A stretch of DNA of 64,000 bases from a bacterium (GTDB lineage Bacteria > CLD3 > SB21). The notes under the pieces were generated by a model. The model was not told where the DNA came from. It searched no databases and saw only the letters and a program-made list of their open reading frames with translations. The position numbers and the translations under genes are program-made. This document shows positions 10,041 through 19,112 of this stretch, piece by piece (position 1 is the stretch's first letter; every line of letters starts with the position of its first letter). The stretch is from positions 1 to 64,000 of the forward strand of contig JABWCP010000009.1 in the NCBI GenBank assembly GCA_013360215.1. The letters run 5' to 3'.

Positions 10041-10678
10041 CCGGAGTTGTTATGCATGTTTTGATTATGATCACTTGTATTTCGTTGGGAAGCTTTAGTT
10101 TTGGCAGTTGTCAAGATGGCGAGGCAACCGATTCGACAGTGGTTGTTGCCGATACATCGGATTTCGTGCTGCCATTTCCTGTAGGTAAACGATACAAGGT
10201 TTCTCAAGGTAACAACACGATCTGGAGCCATTCACCGAATAATTTTAACGGGGTTTTCCGATATGCGTATGATTTTGATATGCCGGTCGGAACTGTTTTG
10301 ACAGCGTCACGCGAAGGCGAAGTAATATTTATAAACGATAATTTTGAAGATAGCGATCACACGTTGGGGCACGAAAATGTACTCGTCATACGTCATCGCG
10401 ATGCGACGTATTCCCGTTATATCCATATCCGCAAACATGGCGCATTGGTCAAAACAGGCGCCACAGTTGCCAAAGGTGACACCGTGGCTTTGAGCGGTAA
10501 TAGCGGTTATACGCTAGGTATTCCACATCTCCATTTTGATGTAGTTACCGCCCCAACCGGGCTTCCCGATATCAATGCACAATCCATACGCACTATTTTT
10601 AAAAATTCAACCGCCTATCCGAATACTCTCCAGCAGAACGAACGATACAGGGCTTTGCCTTATACGTTTTATAAATAA
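10022..10678 (+). CDS. M23-family metallopeptidase, probably exported
   Basis: YAYDFDMPVGT, ASREG, YIHI, SGNSGY..PHLHF; N-terminal hydrophobic segment; exact start uncertain. Confidence 0.85.
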   Translation: MDKSFVTGVVMHVLIMITCISLGSFSFGSCQDGEATDSTVVVADTSDFVLPFPVGKRYKVSQGNNTIWSHSPNNFNGVFRYAYDFDMPVGTVLTASREGEVIFINDNFEDSDHTLGHENVLVIRHRDATYSRYIHIRKHGALVKTGATVAKGDTVALSGNSGYTLGIPHLHFDVVTAPTGLPDINAQSIRTIFKNSTAYPNTLQQNERYRALPYTFYK

Positions 10679-10709
10679 TTTTTTTACAATTTTACTTTAA
10701 TAGGTTCGT

Positions 10710-12701
10710 ATGAAACTACTTATTTTAATCGGTATAAGCTTAAATTTGTTTTCGACATTCTCGATTGTAGCTTTATCTCAAACACACGCGTTCACAAACG
10801 TCCATGTCATACCGATGGATAGCTTTCGCATACTGCATCATCAAACTGTCATTATCGCCGACGGTAAAATCGCAGCGATCGGCAATACACGTGAAGTATC
10901 CATACCCAAAGAAGCTTCGATCATTGACGGCAAGGGGCAATATCTCATACCGGGATTGATTGACTGCTATGCGCATATTCATGAAAAAAACTTGATGCTT
11001 TTTCTTGCCAACGGAATTACGACCGTCCGTAATGTGCCCGGCGCTGCATTTCAGCATGCGATCAAAAAACTCTCTGATACCGGTACATTGCAAGGCCCGC
11101 GTATTTACAGCACAGGCCCGGCCGTTACAGGATCCGTTGCAGCCTACCATACTCAAGGCATGCTTCTCAATCCCGATGAAGCGCGATTCGCCGTTCGTGA
11201 CGTGAAACGCATGGGTTATCAATCTGTATTTTCGTATGTCACGATTACGCCCGATATTTATTCGGCCGTTTTGGACGAAGCACGCCAACTAGGTCTTCCC
11301 GTGCAAGGTCACGTTCCCTATATGATCCCATTCAAAGAGTATGCTGAAGGCTCTCAATTATCGTTCGACAACCTGGTAGGTTTACTCAATCCGCGAAGCG
11401 GTGATACCTATCCTAAAGAACAACTTATTCAATTTGCCGAAGCATTTCGTAAAAACGGAAAATATGTTATCCCGACGCTGACAATTCACAAAGCACGTTC
11501 TTTGGCGCATAAGAGCGATAGTTTAAAATTACGCGCGGAAATGGATTATGTACCGCCGCGGCAGAGAGTATATTGGCATCTGAATTCACTCAATTACCGC
11601 TACTCCGGTGCATCCGAAGTGGTTAAAGTATTTTATGAAAACGGTGTAAAACTTTTGATCGGATCCGATGCCGGATTTCATTTTGCCATACATGGTTTTT
11701 CATATTTAGAAGAGGTTCAAAATTTTGCCGAGCTGGGCATTTCCCATTACGACATACTTAAATCCGGGACTTCATCGGCAGCGGAGTTTTTGGGATGGGA
11801 TGATAAAATCGGAACCGTTTCCGTAGGTAAAGAAGCCGATCTCCTGCTGGTACCCGAAAACCCGCTTGAAAAAATCACAACCCTGGCCCATCACAACGGT
11901 GTCATGTCACGCGGTGTCTGGTATTCGCGTTCAAAACTTAATGAATCCTTACGATCGTTAAAGAACGAACTGCGAGATATGCCCGGTTCAGATCGGTTTA
12001 GCGAATTTTCTGCTCCGGATAAAAACTATCACCTTCTTGCTCATTATGCTATTTCTTACAAAGACATACGATGCGGGGACGAAAAAATATTCAGCACCAT
12101 AAACAACAAAAACCAAATGAGGCTTCTCAGTCAAAACAGCATAGATCCCCCTTGCCAACGTAACACGACCACAACATGGCTGATTGACAATGAAAATATC
12201 TTATTTACCGACGTACATCGTACGTCCATCGAAGGATCAACCCAAGTAACCATGACACACCAATTCCCCTCCTCTACCCGTGTGCATGGCAATCACCCTG
12301 TTTACGGGGAATTCGATTATGTGGACTCGCTTAACACGTACCGCATTACCGGTGGCCCCAATACCTCCATCAATCTGGATATGGATATTGTTGCTAACTA
12401 CCACATGTTGTTTATGAAGTTAAAACCCATGGAGGTTGGAGAAGCGGATTCACTGACGTCTAAAAAAATCGAACTAAATGCGGAAGAATGGGGAAAAAGA
12501 TGCATCACCGGGGATACGTGGTATAAAATAAAACGTAGACCCGATAACGCATTCGGTGAAAGAAGTTATGAAATAATACAACCCGGATTTAACGGTTCTT
12601 CGGAATTTTCATTCCAATCTATTATCACACTGGGTAATGACGGAATAATCAAAGACATCCGATTTAATAATCATGTTACGGCCAAACGCATTGTGCCGTA
12701 A
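10710..12701 (+). CDS. Secreted amidohydrolase-superfamily protein with unknown C-terminal domain (paralog 1)
   Basis: Signal peptide; IDGKGQYLIPGLID, ANGITTVRN, GSDAG, IGTVSVGKEADLLL..NPL. Confidence 0.85.
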   Translation: MKLLILIGISLNLFSTFSIVALSQTHAFTNVHVIPMDSFRILHHQTVIIADGKIAAIGNTREVSIPKEASIIDGKGQYLIPGLIDCYAHIHEKNLMLFLANGITTVRNVPGAAFQHAIKKLSDTGTLQGPRIYSTGPAVTGSVAAYHTQGMLLNPDEARFAVRDVKRMGYQSVFSYVTITPDIYSAVLDEARQLGLPVQGHVPYMIPFKEYAEGSQLSFDNLVGLLNPRSGDTYPKEQLIQFAEAFRKNGKYVIPTLTIHKARSLAHKSDSLKLRAEMDYVPPRQRVYWHLNSLNYRYSGASEVVKVFYENGVKLLIGSDAGFHFAIHGFSYLEEVQNFAELGISHYDILKSGTSSAAEFLGWDDKIGTVSVGKEADLLLVPENPLEKITTLAHHNGVMSRGVWYSRSKLNESLRSLKNELRDMPGSDRFSEFSAPDKNYHLLAHYAISYKDIRCGDEKIFSTINNKNQMRLLSQNSIDPPCQRNTTTTWLIDNENILFTDVHRTSIEGSTQVTMTHQFPSSTRVHGNHPVYGEFDYVDSLNTYRITGGPNTSINLDMDIVANYHMLFMKLKPMEVGEADSLTSKKIELNAEEWGKRCITGDTWYKIKRRPDNAFGERSYEIIQPGFNGSSEFSFQSIITLGNDGIIKDIRFNNHVTAKRIVP

Positions 12702-12715
12702 AGTAAAAATATCGA

Positions 12716-13225
12716 CTACCCGTGCTTCTCGTGTAACAGTTTTTCTGAGTACGCCAACATGATTGCCGAAAATAGGAAAACCACGTGAATAATCGTCTGC
12801 CACATAACTTGTTCGGAATTGTGGTTTTTTATATTTATAAAAACCTGAAGAAGATGAATACCCGAAACCCCAACCAGCGAACCCGCCAACTTCACCTTGA
12901 GCGTACCGGCATCTACTTTTTGCAGCCATTCCGGTTTATCTTCATGCTCATCAATATTCATTCGGCTGACAAACGTCGAATATCCGCCGATAATCACCAT
13001 CACAAGCAGGTTTGCAACCATCGTAATATCCACCAACGTAAGAACACCGAGCATAAGCACCGATTCGCTGATTTCATTTATTGTAAGGCACAGGTGGATC
13101 AATTCATTCAGAAATTTATATGCATATAAAATTCCGCCGATAATTAACCCGGCATAAAGCGGAGCTTGTATCCAGCGGCTGGCAAAAATGATACTTTCAA
13201 AAGCGGATTCAATTTTTTGTTTCAT
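12716..13225 (-). CDS. TIGR00645 / UPF0114 (YqhA) family membrane protein
   Basis: FASRWIQAPLY, LVDITMVANLLVMVIIGGYSTFVS, LKVKLA..SGIHLL. Confidence 0.9.
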   Translation of the reverse strand: MKQKIESAFESIIFASRWIQAPLYAGLIIGGILYAYKFLNELIHLCLTINEISESVLMLGVLTLVDITMVANLLVMVIIGGYSTFVSRMNIDEHEDKPEWLQKVDAGTLKVKLAGSLVGVSGIHLLQVFINIKNHNSEQVMWQTIIHVVFLFSAIMLAYSEKLLHEKHG

Positions 13226-13454
13226 GGTTGTTGCATACTCCTTAAATGTTCTTTGGCGTGCCCAAAATGAAAAAAGTGAAATTAAAATTCAATCAAATAG
13301 TGACCAACCGACACAAAGTGAGCTTGCATGATTAAGCCGACTTATATAAGTTTCAATATTCACATCATATTATTACAAAAGTGCGCTTAACAATACCTTG
13401 CAACTTTAATAACGCTGATTGCGTAGAAACTTGAACCATTTTACTCGTACTGTA

Positions 13455-14600
13455 ATGAGTTCCGAACTAATTTATATTGTCAAGATAATCACTATATTTC
13501 AATTGCTATTTTTCGCCTTTTTCCTGCTTGTCCAGACAAAAGGAAAGAAGGCCGGTAATTATATTTTTTCCGGCTTCCTGTGTGCTCTGACATTCGGAAC
13601 CATATACCGATTGTCGTTTCATGACATGGAAACGTGCATTAAGACCTATCCACAATTAGTCATGATCGGAGAATCGTCGGGGTTCATATTGGGCCCAGCG
13701 TTGTATTTTTATGTTCGCTCCGTTATCAATCCTGATTTCAACTTCAAAAAATCGCAATTGCAAGCGCACTTAATTCCGTTTTTTTTGTTTTGGTTTTTTT
13801 TTCTACCACAACTTCAAATTGATTTTTCCATCGAAGGCAGGCTTTTTTCCACATCATGGAATAGAATATTTCCGTTCGAAGATGTATTTATTCATTTTAG
13901 CATCTTCACCCATTTTTCCGCCTACGTTATCAGTACCATATTGTACATCCACTCCTACCGGCGTCAGTTATTGGAAGAATATTCGACCGTGGATGATGTG
14001 CGCTTCCGCTGGCTTGCACTATTACTCGTCAGTTTTCTAATAAGCTGGCTTATCGGGGTCGTAAACTATATAACAACATTGTACATCGATCAATTAAGAG
14101 TTTTTACCATTACCTACGTTGTTTCAGTTTTTATTTTCTCAAACATGATTGTTGTACGAGGTCTTCGTTATCCCAACGTTTTTTTCGATTTTGCCCCCTT
14201 AAATTCGAACCGACCCAAATATTCAAAAAATTCATTATCGCCTGAAGAAATCGTGGATTACAAAGAGCGTCTGACTACATACATGCTTGATAACAAGGCG
14301 TTTACTAATCCCGACTTAACGCTGGATCACATGGCCCAGGCGCTTACGGTACCTACGCATATTGTTTCGCAGGTATTGAATGTAGGATTTCAGCAAAATT
14401 TTTATCAGTTCGTTAATCATTACAGGATCATGGAGTTCAAAAAACTGCTCAATAACCCCCAAAAACAATCAATGACCATACTTGACGCCTGTTATCGATC
14501 CGGGTTTAACTCCAAAACCACATTCAATACCACCTTTAAAAAGGTTACCGGAATAACACCAACCGAATACCTCAAGACCATCAAATCCTGTCAAAAATAG
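13455..14600 (+). CDS. AraC-family regulator with N-terminal multi-pass membrane domain
   Basis: About 6-7 hydrophobic helices, then PDLTL..SQVLN..NFYQFVNHYRI..GFNSKTTFNTTFKKVTGITPTEY. Confidence 0.92.
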   Translation: MSSELIYIVKIITIFQLLFFAFFLLVQTKGKKAGNYIFSGFLCALTFGTIYRLSFHDMETCIKTYPQLVMIGESSGFILGPALYFYVRSVINPDFNFKKSQLQAHLIPFFLFWFFFLPQLQIDFSIEGRLFSTSWNRIFPFEDVFIHFSIFTHFSAYVISTILYIHSYRRQLLEEYSTVDDVRFRWLALLLVSFLISWLIGVVNYITTLYIDQLRVFTITYVVSVFIFSNMIVVRGLRYPNVFFDFAPLNSNRPKYSKNSLSPEEIVDYKERLTTYMLDNKAFTNPDLTLDHMAQALTVPTHIVSQVLNVGFQQNFYQFVNHYRIMEFKKLLNNPQKQSMTILDACYRSGFNSKTTFNTTFKKVTGITPTEYLKTIKSCQK

Positions 14601-14630
14601 GGCATTTTCACGCCTTAAATCCCCGTTTAT

Positions 14631-14656
14631 TCGTTCGACCTTATTTACCTGAACGA
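14631..14656. promoter_or_regulatory. Inverted repeat TCGTTC-N14-GAACGA, candidate operator between AraC gene and next gene
   Basis: 6-bp dyad in the short intergenic region; function inferred from position only. Confidence 0.3.
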
Positions 14657-14729
14657 TAACAACTCTTAAATAGTGTTAAATTCTCTCTCGAAAATCGATA
14701 CAATTAATTTTTGTATTGGGAGAATGCTA

Positions 14730-16898
14730 ATGGTTTCACACGTACATACCTTGTTATGTAAACTAATGCGAATCGTTTCGTTTCTCGTATTATTGTCTGA
14801 TGTGACAAAAGCATTATTTGCGCAGCCATCAGCATTTCAAGCTTCGGCTCTCATCGCTCTGGACGGGATAGTCAACGAGGATGTATGGAATAACAACACA
14901 GTATATGAAACTTTTAAAACCCTATCTCCGGATTTCGGTGTAACTCCGTCCGAAAAAACGCGTGTTTATTTCCTTTCCGATAAAAACTATATATATGTAG
15001 CTTTTCGATGCGATGATCGTCAGGCGACCACGATTCGAAAAACACTGACCAAACGTGATAATTTGGAAGCCGATGATTGGGTTAGTGTGGAACTGGATAT
15101 GTTCAACGCTGCACAAATGAGCTACTTGTTTCGCGTGAATTCTTTAGGTATCCAAGAGGATGGTACTATTAATCAGGATACAAAAGAAGATTTATCATTT
15201 GACGCCACCTGGTATTCTGCAGCGACTATCGACAGCTCCGGATATTCGATTGAAATAGCCATACCTTTCAACAGCCTACGCTTTCTGCAAACGGACAGCA
15301 TAACTATCGGGGTTGCGTTTCAGAGAAGTATTGCACGGACATCGGAAATACTCATGTTCCCGGAATATTTTCCTGATCGGGGCTCCCGTCTATTACAACG
15401 ACAGATCATAAAATTGAAACGACCTCAACAAACCAGAATTTTTGAAATTATTCCGTCTTATACCTTTGCAGCCCACAAAACAAAGAACATCGGGCATTGG
15501 CAACGCATAAACAGTAATCATGATTTTGGAATAAGCGGAAAATACGGGTTCTCTTCGGATCTTATTTTTGACTTCACCTACAATCCGGATTTTTCACATA
15601 TCGAAACAGATGTCGGCCAAATAGATATCAATGTTCGATCGAGCCCTCTGTATCCGGAAAAGAGAGCATTCTTTTTAGAAGGACAAGAAAGTTTTCAAAT
15701 AGCCGGAAACAACGCGGGATATATAGTCCATTTTCCAAAACTTGTCAACACACGGAACATTGCCGACCCGTTATGGGGTGCTAAAGTCGAAGGAAAGTTC
15801 GGTGCAAAAAATAACTTATCGGCGATTGCCGCATGGGATGAAAAATCATATGAGCAACCGAATGGAAAACCGGATAAGGCATTGTTCAGCATTGTGCGAT
15901 ACAGACGGACAGCGCGCGATGATGGATACTGGGGGTTAGGCTATACAGGCAAAACTATGGATTCGTCGTTTAATCATGTCGCCGGCTTGGACGGCCGTTA
16001 TCGTATCAACGGAACGTCGAAAATTGAGATGCACACCTTTTTTTCAACGACTGAACAAGTAAATAATGATAAAACAAGTAATGGTTATGCCTACGGACTT
16101 GACTACGCATTCATCAATCGGCGATTGGAATTGCAACTGGGGGTCCGGGATGTTTCGGAACAATTTCACACACAAACGGGATATCTACCAAGAAATGGCA
16201 TACTCATGTTTCCGGCTAATTTTTCCTATTCATTCTTTCCGGATACATCGTTTGTCCAGAAAGCTTCGGTTGTTTATTTCGGACATTTAGCAAAAGATCG
16301 GTTTGTTAATAAATACGAAACGTTTAATTGGCTTGGCATGGAAATCTATATGCCCTTGCAAAGCTGGTTTTTTTTCGGAGGAAATTATAGAACAGAAGTA
16401 TATGCTAACAGGCTCTTAAATAAGAGCTATTGGGGTGTTGGCGGATCCACCCAACCTTGGAAGCAATTAGCTTTTAATACATGGATGCATAACGGGCGAC
16501 AATTTTATTATGACCCTGTCAACCCGTTTTCAGGAAAATATAAAGAGATTGAAATGATCCTCACTCTCAAACCAATGGAAAAACTCAGCAGTGAAACTTC
16601 TCTGTATTATCAGGATTTTATCAGAACTTCGAATGATTCGCTGGTGTACGAGTTCACCATAATCCGGAACAAGTTAGTCTATCAGTTCAATCAGTACCTT
16701 TTTCTACGGGGCATAGGTGAATATAATGCGTTTTATAAAAAAATGGATTTAAGCGTATTACTTTCGTTCACCTATAATGTTGGTACCGTTGTGTTTATCG
16801 GGTATGGCAACCTCTTGGAACGAGATATACCGGAGCGCCAATATAAACCTGTAAAACACAGTTTTTTTGTCAAAGCTTCATATAATATACGCATGTAA
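14730..16898 (+). CDS. CBM9-like / DUF5916 domain outer-membrane protein
   Basis: LDG..E..W, Y.FRVNSLGIQED, YSIEIAIPFNSLRF, DFTYNPDFSHIETD, YPEKRAFFLEG, terminal FFVKASY; start 14730 chosen by GGGAGA SD (14673, 14724, 14766 possible). Confidence 0.82.
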   Translation: MVSHVHTLLCKLMRIVSFLVLLSDVTKALFAQPSAFQASALIALDGIVNEDVWNNNTVYETFKTLSPDFGVTPSEKTRVYFLSDKNYIYVAFRCDDRQATTIRKTLTKRDNLEADDWVSVELDMFNAAQMSYLFRVNSLGIQEDGTINQDTKEDLSFDATWYSAATIDSSGYSIEIAIPFNSLRFLQTDSITIGVAFQRSIARTSEILMFPEYFPDRGSRLLQRQIIKLKRPQQTRIFEIIPSYTFAAHKTKNIGHWQRINSNHDFGISGKYGFSSDLIFDFTYNPDFSHIETDVGQIDINVRSSPLYPEKRAFFLEGQESFQIAGNNAGYIVHFPKLVNTRNIADPLWGAKVEGKFGAKNNLSAIAAWDEKSYEQPNGKPDKALFSIVRYRRTARDDGYWGLGYTGKTMDSSFNHVAGLDGRYRINGTSKIEMHTFFSTTEQVNNDKTSNGYAYGLDYAFINRRLELQLGVRDVSEQFHTQTGYLPRNGILMFPANFSYSFFPDTSFVQKASVVYFGHLAKDRFVNKYETFNWLGMEIYMPLQSWFFFGGNYRTEVYANRLLNKSYWGVGGSTQPWKQLAFNTWMHNGRQFYYDPVNPFSGKYKEIEMILTLKPMEKLSSETSLYYQDFIRTSNDSLVYEFTIIRNKLVYQFNQYLFLRGIGEYNAFYKKMDLSVLLSFTYNVGTVVFIGYGNLLERDIPERQYKPVKHSFFVKASYNIRM

Positions 16899-16957
16899 TA
16901 AGACGGTCAACTGTTTCACAGACATCATCACTATACAATAGCAACAAGAGTGAAAAT

Positions 16958-17686
16958 ATGATCAATGATGCCGCCAAAACGAATAATCCATTTCGTTTGT
17001 TATTATGGACAGCGACAATAAGTTCTTTTGCCGGCGCTGTCACAACGTTTTTACTTTTTACCATTCCGGCACCAGAAGCTCCGGATTTTGAATCGCAGGT
17101 GCGCCTTTTTCAGAATTCACTGTATGTGACAAAACTCTGGATTCTTTTTATTCATCCACAATTAAATTTCCTAGCTTGCTTGGGCGTTGTTGTTTTATTG
17201 TGGGAACGGCACGCGCCTCTTATGATTATATCCTTACTGTTTATGTTCGTATGGATGTATACAGAAGTTTCTCAGCAAGCGTTTATCATCGATGCGCTCA
17301 ATCAATTTTGGAGGCCTGAATATCTACAAGCCACTGAAAATACTGCCAAAAATACACTGGCAACGCTGATCAAAGGAGCAAGTGCCTATTCCGATAGCCA
17401 ATATTTTATCGTGATCTATGCTTTCGGCATAGGAAGCATCGTTATGGGGATGGCCATGATACAAGAAATCGGGTTAATTCGATGGATCGGTATTGCACAG
17501 TTATTTATAGGCATACTAAGTTTAGCCTCTTTCATCAGATATTATCTGGGATGGAGTAATATAGGCATGGTGGTGAACTGGTGCTATGAATATATATATT
17601 TTTACATTCAGCCTCTTACGCGCATACTGATAGGTATTTGGATTTTTCGCGTTATTTTAAAAAAACAAACTGAGGCCTTGTCATGA
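16958..17686 (+). CDS. Hypothetical multi-pass membrane protein (DUF4386-like topology)
   Basis: About 6 hydrophobic helices; ATGA overlap with the next gene. Confidence 0.65.
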   Translation: MINDAAKTNNPFRLLLWTATISSFAGAVTTFLLFTIPAPEAPDFESQVRLFQNSLYVTKLWILFIHPQLNFLACLGVVVLLWERHAPLMIISLLFMFVWMYTEVSQQAFIIDALNQFWRPEYLQATENTAKNTLATLIKGASAYSDSQYFIVIYAFGIGSIVMGMAMIQEIGLIRWIGIAQLFIGILSLASFIRYYLGWSNIGMVVNWCYEYIYFYIQPLTRILIGIWIFRVILKKQTEALS

Positions 17687-18678
17687 AAAAAAGCAACGTT
17701 ATCAATTTTTGTATTTCTTGCCTGACAGGAACACTGATTGCACTCCCGATCTATAGCCAATCCGAGAATAGGTCGAAAGCGACACCGATTTTTGATCATC
17801 ACGTTCATTTCCTATCACCAGATTTGATCAATCAATGGAAAGCTTTGGGAATTCCGTTTTCTAAAAAAGATTATTTTTATTCGGATATCGACTCACTCAG
17901 TTCGAAGCTGGGAACCCGTCACATGAAACTGATATCAATGGCTCACGTGTTTACCTCACCCGAATTCGGCCCACCCACATCCGACGCCTATGAAGCTGTT
18001 AAAAAGGAAAATGATTATTTAGCCGTTCTTAAAAAGAAGCATCCTCAAACCATAAATGCCTATTATGGTATAGATCCGTTGCATGATTACGCAATGACCG
18101 AAATAAAACGTTGCCATCGTGAACTTGGGCTTGACGGGATCAAATTACATTTTAACGCGTCACAGGTATATCTGACAGAACCCGAGCATCGAAAAAATGT
18201 AAAGGCGATTTTTATCTACGCCTCCGAACATACGATACCGGTCTTATTGCATCTGGATAACAGCCACCGGCGTTTTGGAGCACTTGATGTGCGTTTGTTG
18301 GCTGATTCGATATTATCCGGATTGAATGACGTTCAACTCCAGATAGCACATTTTGGGACATCCGGCGGATTCAATGAACGCACAAAAGTTGTAATCGACA
18401 CGTTCCTTGAACTATTCGCACAACATCATCCGATTACGAAACAACGCTTATACTTCGATATTTCAGCCGTCGGACTGGATAAGGACGGCGACGGAGTTGC
18501 CCGGTTAAACGATGAACAATTCAAAGAACTGGCCGCATATGTGCGCAAATTAGGTTTTGATAAAATCCTATTTGGAACGGATTATCCTTTGTATTCCGCT
18601 TCAGAATATCTGAACGTACTTAAAAACAAGCTTAACATGACCCAAGATGAAATCATGCACCTTCTGAAGGAAAAATAA
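17683..18678 (+). CDS. Secreted amidohydrolase_2-family protein
   Basis: Signal peptide; DHHVH, GIKLH, PVLLH, IAHFG, FDIS, ILFGTDYP all present. Confidence 0.88.
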   Translation: MKKSNVINFCISCLTGTLIALPIYSQSENRSKATPIFDHHVHFLSPDLINQWKALGIPFSKKDYFYSDIDSLSSKLGTRHMKLISMAHVFTSPEFGPPTSDAYEAVKKENDYLAVLKKKHPQTINAYYGIDPLHDYAMTEIKRCHRELGLDGIKLHFNASQVYLTEPEHRKNVKAIFIYASEHTIPVLLHLDNSHRRFGALDVRLLADSILSGLNDVQLQIAHFGTSGGFNERTKVVIDTFLELFAQHHPITKQRLYFDISAVGLDKDGDGVARLNDEQFKELAAYVRKLGFDKILFGTDYPLYSASEYLNVLKNKLNMTQDEIMHLLKEK

Positions 18679-18773
18679 TTTGTAAAATTTTGAACCATTA
18701 AAATACGTATGAACCGTGAAACAGGCCGCGGAACTTAACGCATTGCTATAAAGCCTTATTTATGAAAACGCCA

Positions 18774-19112
18774 ATGAGAAAAGAAACCACCATTCTGACT
18801 TTACATCTCTAGGTGAAGCAGGACGTCAACATTTCACAATCAAAATATGATACTATAAGTCGTTCACCACAAAACAATTCGGAAACAAAAAAAATTCGGT
18901 TTGTTGAATTAATCGATTTGGCAGTAACGAAACTTAGCGATTCTTTCGATGGTAGCGGGTTGTTTACAGTCAAACTGGATTTGGAAGCACGTAGAATGAT
19001 ATGTCGAACCACTTGGAAAACACCACAGGACTTTTTATTCCGTAATATAAATGAGATGTATTCAGCAAATCGTATTTCTCCTGCATATCTAACGAACCCG
19101 GAGGCTATATGA
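18774..19112 (+). pseudogene. Degenerate copy of the DUF6958-like gene at 9756
   Basis: Reads MRKETTILTLHL*VKQDVNISQSKYD...DSFDGSGLFTVKLDLEARR; in-frame TAG at 18810-18812 where the intact copy has Gln; conserved WY missing. Confidence 0.75.
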
